Assembly: GCA_965644315.1 (NCBI GenBank)
Contig: CBFFRQ010000043.1
Coordinates: forward strand, 62,001 to 126,000
DNA from: Caecitellus pseudoparvulus
Lineage: Eukaryota; Protista; Bigyra: Bicosoecida
Reading direction: 5' to 3'
DNA: 64,000 nucleotides
Under the pieces are notes generated by a model, which made no database searches, was not told the origin of the DNA, and saw only the letters and a program-made list of their open reading frames with translations. Shown one piece after another: positions 53,870-64,000 of the stretch; the first letter of the stretch is position 1, and every line of letters begins with the position of its first letter. Made by a program: the position numbers and the translations under genes.

Positions 53870-53926
53870 GCCTGGCTGCCAGCGCGAGCAGTCGCGTGAC
53901 CCAGCGCGCCGGCGTGCATTGGTGGA

Positions 53927-56900
53927 TCAGGCGAGGGAGGTGGACATCTCCGTCGCCACGGCGGCCGTGAACTCCTGGCTGCCCGTTTTGATGGTGAGGG
54001 TGACACTGCGCCCCGCCGCGTTCAGCGCCGAGTGCACCAGCACCATCTGCTGCGTGCCCATGACGGTGCTGGCGGCGATTTCCTCGTTGTTGGCGGGGAT
54101 GGAGTCCACGTGCCCCAGGCCACACCGCTCCTGCACCATGCTGGCATAGGTGGACAGGTCGGCCGCGCCACACGGCACGCTGCCGCTGCCCTGTGCCGTG
54201 AACACCGCCCCCGTCCAGTGCCCGCCAAAGCCCGCTGTGTCCAGGCCGGCGGGGCGCAGCGTGTCGGACACACGCAGAGGCACGCTGCCGGAGCACGCCA
54301 GGCCGCCGGAGCTGGACAGGCTCAGGGAGCCTGCCGCCGGCACGCCTGCGATGTGCAGCGTGATGGCGAAGGCAGCGGGGGCGCCGGGGGTCACACTCGC
54401 AAAGGTGACGCTGGTGCCAGACACCTTCCCTCCAGCCCCTGCCGTGAGTGTGGCTGCCAGGTGTGCAGGGGGCGCTGCCGTGACGGTGACGTTGGACGCC
54501 GCAGTGTCCACGGCCACCCACCCCACGAGGACGATGGCAGTGGGCGTCTTCCACTTGGCGCCCACGATGCGCCCGGACCCCCCCGTCGCCCAGGTGTCCA
54601 CACCACTGGCGGGGACCCGGCTGCCCTCGCCCTCCGCCACCAGGCCTGCCAGCTCAGCCGGCACGTCGAACGAGGCGGTGGCTGCAGCAGGGGCTGGCGC
54701 AGGGGCGGCACCGCCCCCTCCGAACAAGTCATCCAGGTCGCCGCCGCCGCCGCCTGCAGCGGCCGGCGCTGGGGCTGGAGCAGGGGACCCCACGTCCATG
54801 CCACCGAACATGTCATCCAGTCCCCCTGCTGCAGGTGCAGGTGCGGGAGCAGGGGCTGGCGCCGGGGCGGGGGCTGCCGCCTTGCCCTGGCGGCGCAGAC
54901 GGGCCCGCTCACGCGCAGTGAGGCCGGCGCCGGGGGAGGAGGCCGCCCCCACGCCGCCAAAGAGGCTGGCGGCGAGCTTCTCCTTCTCAGTCAGCTCGCG
55001 GGGCTTGGGCGCAGGTGCCGGCACGGGGGCAGGCTTGGGCTTGGGCTTGGCGGCTGCAGGCTTGGGGCTGGGCGAGCTGCCGCCGCCGCCGCCGCTGGAC
55101 CCTTTGCTGAACATGGCCCGGTGACGCTCTGCAGCGGAGAGGGAGGGGCCGGGGCTGGCTGGCGCCGGCGCCGGCGCGGCGGGCTGCTGCAGCCCCCCCG
55201 ATCCCCACGGCCCCGCCATGCTGGAGAAGTCCAGGGCAGCGGGGGCGGGTGCCGAGGCACCTGTGCCAGCTGCGGCAGTGGCGCCACCGCCCGACCCCCC
55301 GCCCATGAAGTCCAGGCCCGACGTGCCAGGCATGGTGGAGGCGTCTTGGTCCTCGTACGCCTCGAAGCGCAGGCCCAGTCCTGCTGCGCCCTTGCCTGGA
55401 CCTGTGGAGGAGGTGGTGCGGGCCTCAGGGGGGACCCAGTCCTTGGCGCCGGCGGCCAGCGCCTCAGACACCAGGTCGTCCAGAAAGGTCAGGCTGGCGT
55501 CTGGGCCGATGTCCTCGGACGACGCGTCCACGGGCAGCACGGCGCGCATGGTCTCCAGGCGCTCGGCGGGGATGATGATGGCTGAGCCAGTGGCGGGGGG
55601 CGCGCCGCTGGCCCCGGGCACTGGCAGGCCTGCTAGGCGCAGCAGCTCGCAGCAGCGGTGCGCCATGGACGCGTCTCGCGAGGCAGCGAACTGTGTCACC
55701 AAGTCGGCTGCAGCCGGCACCAGCTGGCCCAGCTGGGCAGCCAGCTTGGCCGTGGCGCCCAGAGCGTACCCGCGCGTGAGGGAGTCCATGTGGGCACGGC
55801 CAGCCAGCTGCGCGACGGCCTTGGCGACGTCTTGCAGCGCCATGGACTCGGCCAGGTAGCCGTACTCGCCCAGCACCCAGAACATGGCCTGCAGGAGCGT
55901 GTCGGGGAGGGCGGGCTTCTCCACCAGCTCCAGGAACGCCTCCACCGCCTCGATGCGCAGCTCCTTGTCGGCCTCCTCGTCCTCGTCCCCCGCTCCCTCC
56001 CCCACCAGGCGGATGATGCCGTTGGCGGCGTCGCCCTTGACCAGGTCCTCCCCCGCCACCATGACCTTGATCATGGTCTCAATGTACCAGGAGTTGGAGG
56101 GCGCGAAGCGCTCCGCTGCCTGGGCGATGCGCGCCACCAGGTCCCCCCGCAGGAAGCGGTCCTGCGCCGCGTTCAAGTGCTCCAGCAGCTTCTGCGTGAT
56201 GACCTGCACGTTCACGGGGTTGATCATGCGGTACAGCAGGTCCAGCGTCTTGCGCTTGAGCGTCTCGTCGGGGTCCTCCAGGCACTCGATGACGGCCATC
56301 TGGTGGTCTGCCGCGTACTTGGGGTGGTCCCGCACGATGCTGGCCAGGCCCGTGATGCCCAAGTACTTCAAGTTGTGGTTGTCCGACGTGATGAAGCGCG
56401 CGATGGATGCGGCGGCGGCGTCCAGCAGGTTGGAGTTGGGGTAGATGCTGGTGACGGTGCGCACAGCCTCGTACATGATGGCGTAGCCGACGTTGATGCC
56501 GGTGTCTGCGCGGCGCATGACATCCAGCAACACCTCGTACATGTTCTCCGAGGCGGCCTTGTCGGCGCGGCCCAGCATGGCCAGCACCCGCAGGAGGTCC
56601 AGCTGGATCCACGGCGCGGGGATGCGGTGGTAGTCGAACTCTGCCGGCAGGCGGTGCTCCGTGATCTGCTTCAGGATGCTGACGAAGGAGGGCACGAGGT
56701 CCTTGAAGGGGGCGGGGTCCTCCCGCACCAAGTCGTGGAACACGTGCAGGGACGCGCCCATGACGGCGGGGTCCTTGTCGCACAGCACGCGCCTGAACTT
56801 CTCGTGCAGGCTGCGGGTGGCCTCGGGGTCCAGCTGCTGGAAGCGGTGCAGCACCATCACCGCCTTCTTCCGCACGATGCTCTGGTCGGACTCCAGCAGC

Positions 56901-57525
56901 TTCTCCACCAGCGGCTGCACCGCCGGCACCATGTCCACCGTCAGCAACTTGGCCGCTGCGATGAGGCCGGCGCACTGCTCCAGCACGTTGGCGCTCTGCA
57001 GGTCCTTCTGCAGCCGGTTCACCAGCATGATGCGCAGGTCGTTGTCGGGGCCCAGGCACAGGGAGGCGGTCAAGTACCCCACACGCTTCTGCAGCAGGTC
57101 CGTGCTGGTGCACATCTCCACCGCCTTGACGTAGCCAAAGGACGCGTCGTGCCCCAGCATCTCCACGTAGATCATGCGGATGAGGAACTCCATCAGCTTC
57201 TTCTGCGAAGGAGAGGGGGGACGGCGAGCGTGGCGTGGTGCGCCAGGCTCCTCTGCACTGCCCGCCACTACGCACCCCTGTCAGGCCCCGCTCGCTGACC
57301 TTGGCCTTGAGCTTCTTGATCTCAATCAAGATGATGCGGTCCTCCTCCTGCGGCGCCGAAGGGCAGGGCCGTGTCGCCACGTGGATTTGGCGTGCAGGAC
57401 GGCGCCTGCTGCACTGCACCTGCCCAGCGCGCAGACACACATGCCCTCCTCACCTGCTTCGTCTTGGACTCGCCGATCGCCTTGACGAGCTCGAAGAACT
57501 CGGCACTCAGCTTTGATCCTGCCAT
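53927..57525 (-). CDS. AP4E1: AP-4 complex subunit epsilon
   Basis: EFFELVKAIGESKTKQ|EEDRII, IRMIYVEMLGHDASFGY, EHRLPAEFDYHRIPAPWIQ, LEDPDETLKRKTLDLL, LPVDASSEDI, LRFEAY and KEKLAASLFGG, followed by an ear domain. Confidence 0.95.
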
Positions 57526-57979
57526 GGTGCCTGACGTTGGACGCTCTGCCTGCCCTCAACGCGCAATGCCACCCTGGCCTGCGGAATTGCTGTGCCCTGC
57601 ACGGAAGCCAGCGCCTGCTCGGCCCAACGCAAGGTGCCTGGCGCAGAGCTGGGTGACGTGGGTTTAAGTGCTGGCTTATGTTTTGTACGCGATTTGTGCA
57701 GTTCCGTCGTTTGGGCTGGTGCTGCCTCCTGCTGACCTGCAGAGCGAGCGTCCTTGTGCTCAAATGCGGAGAGACAGCCCCGCACGGCGCATCGCCGGCA
57801 AATTCAAGAATACCTGCCGCATGGACGGCCAAGCAAGAAGCCCCCCTTTCCAACCCACCCCACACACCAGTGGAACCCCGCCGCTCACGTACAGCTGGCT
57901 GAGTGGCAGCTGCTGGTCATCGCTTGCGACGGGCACACTCTGAGCTGGGCACGAGCGGCAGGGCTGCTCCCCCCCAGCC

Positions 57980-59593
57980 ATGGGCTGTGGGCTGAGCAAG
58001 GAGGAGGTGCGTGCTGCAGCCACATGGCTCGCACCTTGCGTGCCTGCAGCTTCGCAGTCCGCCCTGCCCTGCGCATTTGGCTGTGATGCTTGGGCTGAAA
58101 CGCTCCAGTGAGCACCCCACCTCCCGCTCGCGCCACCACAGGCTGCCCTGTTTGATAGTGACATTGAAGTCGTGCGGGATGCCATCCACCTCGTGTCTGA
58201 CATTGACATTCGGCGCACGAGGGGAGCTCCTGTGACGCCACTGCTGCAGGCCGTGCAGGAGGGGTGGCGTGAGCACGCCACCCTCTTCATTCGTAACGGC
58301 GCGCATGTCAACATTGCCCCTGGCCCGGACGGCGTCACGCCCCTGCACGCGGCGTGTGCCAGTGCCATGCGTGGCATCGTCGCCCTCATGCTGCGAGGCT
58401 GCCCCAACGCGGACGTGCGGGATGCACACGGCCGCACGCCACTGCACTACGCTGTGGCGCAGCGGAATCCAGGCGATGGCCGCGTGCAGGCATGCCTGGA
58501 GGCGGGCGCCGACCCCACCCTGCACGACGACGACGGACGCAACGCCCTGCACCTGCTCAAGGCGCCTGAATTCGTCGCCTGGCTGGTGCAGCTGGGCTGT
58601 GAGCCGATGCTGGAGGACTCGCACGGCAACTTGCCTCTGCACCTGGCCCTGGCGGAGGAGGATGCCGTGGGCATGGTGCAGGAGCTGCTGGCAGCGGGCG
58701 CCCACCCCGATGCCCTGGACGGCAGTGGACAGACGGCGCTGCACATCTGCGCCTGCAAAGGCTGGGCGGGGGCAGCCGTGGAGCTGCTTGCGGCGGGCGC
58801 GCTGCCTGATGCAGAGGACGCGACGGGGCAGCCTGTCATCTTCCTCGCAGCTGCCCACGGCCACACAGAGGTCGTGCAGGCCCTGCTGGTGGCCAGGGCT
58901 GACGTGGACGGCGCAGACGAGCAGGGCGTCACGCCGCTCATGGCGGCACTGCGGGCGGGCCACGAGGCATGTGCCAGGGCTCTTGTGGACAACGGCGCGG
59001 ACGTGGAGGCGGCTGACGTGAAGGGCATGACGGTGGCCCGCTACGCCACCAAGGCCGGCCTGCAGTCTGTCCTGCTGCGTGCCCCCAGCCGGGTGGGCAA
59101 GCGCTCCCTCATGGCCTCTAGTAAACTCGTCGCCAACGCCAGTGGCATGTGGACCATGTCCCGCGGCCCTCAGCACTGGTCCACCCTGGGCACCAGCAGC
59201 TCCGCCCTGCACTCCCCCGTGCACGACGTCGCCTCCGCCGCCTCTCCCCGCCTGCCTGTGGCGTCCGCAGTCGCAGACCCTGCCCAGGCAACCACCAGCC
59301 CCGCTGCAGGGCCCCCCGCCACACACAAGCTTCGCACCAGCAGCGGCTGGCTCCTGGACGTGCAACCAGCGGCAGTGCTGCCAGCCGAGGCGGGTGCCGC
59401 CGCGGGGAGCACTGGCCAGAGCGAGCTGCGGGGAGCGGAGGCCGCCTCGGCGCCTCTCCGTGCGGCGCCTGCCGACAGCTCCGGCCCGCCTGGTGACGGG
59501 CCAGACCACAGTGCCGCGCAGGAGCCTCAGTGGAAGATGTCTGGCCTGCGCAGCGAGTCCCTGGACACCGACTCAAGCTCCCTCACGGACTGA
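57980..59593 (+). CDS. Ankyrin-repeat protein with a predicted N-myristoylation/palmitoylation motif; intron about 58007-58141
   Basis: Exon 1 MGCGLSKEE is spliced to AALFDSDIEVVRD. About 8 ankyrin repeats (GVTPLHAAC, GRTPLHYAV, GNLPLHLAL, GQTALHICA, GVTPLMAAL). Confidence 0.85.
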
Positions 59594-59610
59594 GGGGGGC
59601 CGCCCCCCTC

Positions 59611-61098
59611 TCAGGCAGGCGCAGTTGCCTCGCTGGCGTCCGCCCCTGCCGCAGCCCTGAGCTGGGAGCTGGACACGTCACTGGCAAAGAGCTCCTGGGG
59701 GATGGGCACGAAAAGGTCCGCGAGGGGGGGCGGCACCTCCAGGTCCTGCAGCGCCAGGAAGCGGCCTGTGCCGCCCGCTGCGTCCGCCCGCCGCCCCGCC
59801 ACGAGGAAGCGGGTGCCGGCGTGCAGCAGGCCGCCCAGCGCCACCAGCATGCCCGCTTCCCCGCCTGCGTAGTACTTGCCCTGCAGCAGGCGCGCCGCCG
59901 TGTCCATGCCCAGGACGAAGTAGCTGCCGGGGAGCAAGGCGGCCTTCTGGGCGAACAGGGGTGCGTCTGTCACCAGCACTGCCTGTGGCTCGCCCGACCT
60001 GTGGGCATGCCCAGAGGGCCACTGCGGCGGCGTCGGGCTGGCCTCATGGCCGGGCAGGGCGCACCCCGTGAACTGCTCCACGCGCCGTGCCACCTCGGCC
60101 TCGGCCAGGGGCGGCTTGTCCACGTTTGTGGCTGACATCTCGAAGACTGCCAGCCCAGAGAAGGGCACAGGGAAGGCGTCCGTGTCGTCGCCAGTCGCGA
60201 CCTGCACGGCAGCTTGCAGCATGGCCTCGTGGCCGCTGTGCAGGGGGTTGAAGCTGCCCGGGAGGATGAGGGAGCCGGCTGGGATGTGCGGGTTCACCAT
60301 GGTGCCCGTGCCGTCCACGCCGGGCGTGAACAGCATGCTGCCCACGCCAGCGTCGCCCTGCAGCAGCAGGGGCAGGGACTCCACCGCTGCAAGCACCTCC
60401 TCCGCCACCTGGCCTTGCTCTGGCAAGCCAGACACGTCTCGCGCACCGGCAGCAGATGTGCACAGGTGCATGTCCACTTCGCAGCACGTGCGCTGGAGCC
60501 AGGAGGCTGCGCCGTCGTCAGGGACCAAGAGGGAGTCGGCCAGCAGGGCCAGCGCCAGTGCAGACGTCACAGCATCCTCCTCGGCACGGTCCGCTGGTGC
60601 TAAATGCACGGCCAGAGATCGCACGCCACGATCGCTTGCAGTCGCAATGAAAGCACGGTGGGGCCCCTGCTTGCCTGGTGCCGCCAGGGACGCCGTGATG
60701 CCCACTCCACACAGCAGTGGCAAGTCTTGAAACGCCGCTGAAACGGGACCAACCGCTCCTCGCTCAGCCAGGCCCAGCTCCTTGGCTTTGTCCAAGCTGC
60801 TCTGGGCCAGCTTCAGCGCCATTGCTTGACTGCAGTATGTTTTGGCGCTGCTGCCGGTCCAAGCAGCTGTCGCGGCACGCGCGTAGGGCGCATGTGCGGC
60901 GAGCACTGTGTTGGACGCGCCTGGCGTGCCCAGCAGCAGCGGTATGGCCTGCGTCCCGCCTCCTGCAGCCGCGACGACAACTCGCGGACCACGGGCATCT
61001 GCTTTGAATGCCATGTGCAGAGTGGAAGCGAGCACCTTGCCCGCAGAGGTGGCGCCACAGGCGGCGGACCCGCCGGCGGCAGCTGCTGCACACGCCAT
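59611..61098 (-). CDS. Nucleotidyltransferase (NadD/NMNAT-like HxGH domain) with an N-terminal CinA/PncC-like domain
   Basis: N-domain VVVAAAGGG..PGASNTVL..PY..CSQAMA..GVGITA. C-domain LPGSFNPLHSGH, NVDKPPL, LGMDTAARL and DVSSSQLR. Confidence 0.82.
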   Translation of the reverse strand: MACAAAAAGGSAACGATSAGKVLASTLHMAFKADARGPRVVVAAAGGGTQAIPLLLGTPGASNTVLAAHAPYARAATAAWTGSSAKTYCSQAMALKLAQSSLDKAKELGLAERGAVGPVSAAFQDLPLLCGVGITASLAAPGKQGPHRAFIATASDRGVRSLAVHLAPADRAEEDAVTSALALALLADSLLVPDDGAASWLQRTCCEVDMHLCTSAAGARDVSGLPEQGQVAEEVLAAVESLPLLLQGDAGVGSMLFTPGVDGTGTMVNPHIPAGSLILPGSFNPLHSGHEAMLQAAVQVATGDDTDAFPVPFSGLAVFEMSATNVDKPPLAEAEVARRVEQFTGCALPGHEASPTPPQWPSGHAHRSGEPQAVLVTDAPLFAQKAALLPGSYFVLGMDTAARLLQGKYYAGGEAGMLVALGGLLHAGTRFLVAGRRADAAGGTGRFLALQDLEVPPPLADLFVPIPQELFASDVSSSQLRAAAGADASEATAPA

Positions 61099-61235
61099 GC
61101 TTCAAGTGGCCAGCGCTTCCCTTGCACACAGAACGACCTTGCACAGCACCGCAGCAGGTTGTTGCGGGAACATGTGTACGGTGTATTTTGAATTGACCCC
61201 GCACACCGGGGTGCCAGGGTGCGGAGTGCGCCACC

Positions 61236-63668
61236 TCACCGCCTCGCGGCCCGGTTCGCCGCCAGTTTGGCCTGGTGCTCTGCCTCGCTCTTGGCGCGAA
61301 TGACGCGTTTCTTCTTCTTCTTCCGCCGCCCAACGTGGGCCTCATTGTGTCCCTGTGGAGCCAGCTGCTGCCACGCGGCCTGCCCTGCCGCCGCGGGGTG
61401 TGGGGCGCGGCGCTGGGGCGGCGGGGCAGGCCGCGGGTGGACCGGGGGCGGCACGACAGACGAGTTGGGCAGCGCTGCTGCCTCCCCTGCGAAGTCAAAC
61501 GAGTGCTCATCGAAGCCCATGTCTCGAGGCGGCACTGGCGCGGGCAGCGGGGCAGGCGCACTGTGGACAGGCGGCCCGGAGGTGCGGTGCGCAAACCGAT
61601 CCAGGCCGGCGGGCCACCCCCACTGAAAATGCTGCTGCCCCGCGATGTTGTGCGGCCAGCCCCCCGCCCCTGCCCCCTTGCTCTTCCCCGAGGGGGTGTG
61701 GTCTAGGTACACGTAGCCTGCATGCACGTGCGCAAGGCCGTTCACGTGCCCTGGCTGCGCCGCGGCCATGCGCACAGGCTCCATGGCTTGCCGCTCGGCT
61801 ACCTCCCCACGGAACAAGTGCTCCATGGGCGCCGTGATGCAGCGCGCCGTGATGGATGCCATGAGCTCCTCTTCAATGCGTGGATCGAGCTCTGGCGTGA
61901 GTGGCAGCGGCGCCGCGGCTCCTGCAGCGCGAGGAAACAGCCCGATGCTCTTGGCTGTCGCGGCGGCACTCCACGTTTCCGGTGCACGCGCACAGTACAG
62001 CGCGTGGTTCAGGAGGCTCTCAAAGGGGTGCAGGCAGTGCCACTCCACGCCGGTGCTGCACCATGGACAGGGCTCAAACGCCAGCCCGCCCGTCCAGTGT
62101 CCGCCCCGGTGCCCAGCTGCGTTCAGCTGAGCGGCGCATTCTTGCGTATGCCGCGCCTTGTTCGTGGCACGCATGACGCTGCCAGTGGCGCAGCACGAAC
62201 ACTTGTACATGACGCGGTACTTGAGCGCTTCCTGGGCATCACTGCCGGTGATGTCCAGCGTCTGCCCGCCGGCGCCTGCGTGCGGGGCGTCGTCGTCTTC
62301 CCCCAAATGCCGCTTGCGCCGCACGCTGTACTTCCTGGCTTCCACCTCCAGCTGGGTCTGCCTGCGCAGCTGCTCCAGGTGTTCCTCCACTTCTTGGGCC
62401 TCCCGTGCACGGGACATGTGGGCGCGCTGTGCAGCCTGCAAGCCCTTGCGCAGGCTGTCAGCACGCTGTGCGTCCGAGCTGGTCGCAACGACCGACGAGC
62501 CTTCCAAGCGGGACCGATCGCGCTCGCGCTGCTGCTCCGCTGCCAGGATCCTCTGCTGCCGGCTGATTTGCGCCTTCAAGTCTGCTTCCCGGCGCTTCAA
62601 GCTACGCGCCGCGGTGAGCGTTTGGAAGCCCAGTGCGTGCTGCACCTGCATGTCCCGCCGCTGCTGCTTCAACTGCTCCTTCAACGCCGACGCCTGCACA
62701 ACCTGCTCGAACCGCCTCCAGTACGTCGTGCCGTAGGAAATGAGCAGTTCTTCCCCCGCCCGGATGTCCCGCTTGGGGCTGTACAGCAGCAGGGGCAGTC
62801 CCGCCACAAAGGCACCCCCTGCCTCAACATTTGGCTCCACCCGCTGCCCGTCGGAGCCCACCATGCCCTTTGGGTCGTTCACCAGCCCCAGGACGTTGCG
62901 GAAGGTACTGCCATCCAGGCACATGCGAAAGAGGGGGCACCCTGCCTTGCGCTGCAGCTGCGTTTGTTCCGCCGCACTGCTGCGTTTCGGCACGTGCCAC
63001 GTCGCAGGCACGAGGGCAGGCACTGCGTCACCCATCACCAGCGTCTCGTACACGTACGTGAACGCGAAATCGCCGGCATGCAGCATGAACTTGTCGTAGT
63101 GCTGCTCAGTCAGCATGACGCCTCCGTAGCACGCCAGCAGGCAGCTGCCTGCCTCCAAGTCTCTGCCCGCCACCACGCCGTGCCCACCCACGCAGGGGTG
63201 TGCTGGGTCGCTGATGCGCTGCACGCGGAGCTGGCCGTCCCCCGAAGCACCACAGTTGCGCGCCAGTGCCTGGGCCACCTGCTCATCCCAGGCACTGCCT
63301 TCCCCTGAGCACAGCTGCCAGGCACTGCGTTGGTTGGGCGGCACCCACGCGGGCGCCTGGCACCTGCGCAGGTCTGCCAGGGACAGGGCCGGGCGCAGCG
63401 TCCACAGCCGGTCCCCCCGCCGACCGGACAACATGCCGTCCACTTCCAGGCGCCGCAATTCGACCCCAGGCAGCACTTCGTTGTACTTTGCTGCTGGGAA
63501 GTGCAGCTGCTGGCCGTCGCGGTCCGTGGCCAGGCACAGCAGTGGCTTGGCTGCCAGGAAGAACCGGTTCAGCAAGGTGTCCGAAATGAGAATGCCATGT
63601 GCACAGCCCAGGTAGTGCTCGCTATCGAACGTGCCTTGGCCGCCCTCTGCCGTGTCTGAGGCTGCCAT
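61236..63668 (-). CDS. SET-domain protein with a coiled coil, two putative C2HC zinc fingers and a basic NLS
   Basis: GGHGVVAGRDL..YGGVM..YVY..LDG..RNVLGLVNDP..PNV..RDIRAGEELLISYGTTYW; CSCC..RHTQEC; CPWC..NHALYC; RRKKKKKR. Confidence 0.82.
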   Translation of the reverse strand: MAASDTAEGGQGTFDSEHYLGCAHGILISDTLLNRFFLAAKPLLCLATDRDGQQLHFPAAKYNEVLPGVELRRLEVDGMLSGRRGDRLWTLRPALSLADLRRCQAPAWVPPNQRSAWQLCSGEGSAWDEQVAQALARNCGASGDGQLRVQRISDPAHPCVGGHGVVAGRDLEAGSCLLACYGGVMLTEQHYDKFMLHAGDFAFTYVYETLVMGDAVPALVPATWHVPKRSSAAEQTQLQRKAGCPLFRMCLDGSTFRNVLGLVNDPKGMVGSDGQRVEPNVEAGGAFVAGLPLLLYSPKRDIRAGEELLISYGTTYWRRFEQVVQASALKEQLKQQRRDMQVQHALGFQTLTAARSLKRREADLKAQISRQQRILAAEQQRERDRSRLEGSSVVATSSDAQRADSLRKGLQAAQRAHMSRAREAQEVEEHLEQLRRQTQLEVEARKYSVRRKRHLGEDDDAPHAGAGGQTLDITGSDAQEALKYRVMYKCSCCATGSVMRATNKARHTQECAAQLNAAGHRGGHWTGGLAFEPCPWCSTGVEWHCLHPFESLLNHALYCARAPETWSAAATAKSIGLFPRAAGAAAPLPLTPELDPRIEEELMASITARCITAPMEHLFRGEVAERQAMEPVRMAAAQPGHVNGLAHVHAGYVYLDHTPSGKSKGAGAGGWPHNIAGQQHFQWGWPAGLDRFAHRTSGPPVHSAPAPLPAPVPPRDMGFDEHSFDFAGEAAALPNSSVVPPPVHPRPAPPPQRRAPHPAAAGQAAWQQLAPQGHNEAHVGRRKKKKKRVIRAKSEAEHQAKLAANRAARR

Positions 63669-64000
63669 GCCGGTCCGCGTTTCGCGTTGAAACGCGGCGA
63701 ACAGAACCGTCCTTCTCTGCACAAAATCACATCCACCTAAAAGCACATTCGCTGTGCTAAAATGAAATGCGCCTCGTCAATCATGGTGCTTTGCCTGCCT
63801 TGCCCGCCCACTGTGCCTTGCCTGCGCCACTGAACGTGGGAAGTGATTCAGGTCACTCATTGCTCGGACATAGCGGCCTCGTTGAGAGACCCCTCGAAGG
63901 CACGCACTGTTTGGAAGCCACACCCCCGCAACGACCAGCATGAGCGCGACTGGCTCCCAGCTGCTGAAGCTGCGGTCGAGGCTGGCGCAGACCAAGGACG

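Noticed and set aside
54690-55300. PAPAPA and DDLFG/DDMFG repeats
   Set aside because: This is an ordinary disordered hinge of an adaptin large subunit.
1556-58141. Introner-type repeated introns or non-canonical splicing
   Set aside because: The introns I traced are canonical GT-AG and show no extended mutual similarity beyond splice signals and the short TGCGGAA(A)TT motif.
63777-64000. Possible gene end at the right edge
   Set aside because: Too short and featureless to support a call.

Overview
This is eukaryotic nuclear DNA, not prokaryotic. It is GC-rich and very gene-dense (about 31 protein-coding genes in 64 kb), with short GT-AG introns of roughly 60-135 nt (donors GTGCGT/GTGAG; acceptors YGCAG/CACAG). 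The gene content (CFAP96-like, LRRC61-like, LRRC57-like, AP-4 epsilon, PIG-U, ATE1, DONSON, FAM98, NuSAP-like) fits a flagellated protist; a stramenopile-like heterotroph is my inference, not shown by the sequence. Most entries in the ORF track are shadow ORFs, so I rebuilt gene models by hand across introns and start coordinates are approximate where noted. Main observations: (1) an in-frame Ran-binding-domain/galactokinase fusion; (2) a compositionally distinct, intronless island at about 36.4-42.9 kb with two tandem paralogues that share a long unrecognised N-terminal region but carry different Sel1-repeat arrays, duplicated together with the 5' end of a CoA-transferase gene; (3) a small protein with SILK + RVxF PP1-docking motifs and a CaaX box; (4) a NuSAP-like gene next to DONSON; (5) a recurrent TGCGGAA(A)TT motif at gene 5' ends and in 5'-proximal introns; (6) extreme gene packing, including overlapping or abutting convergent CDSs and tandem gaps under 110 nt. 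I found no rRNA, tRNA, CRISPR array or recognisable transposase. All family assignments come from motif recognition by eye; no database search was run.
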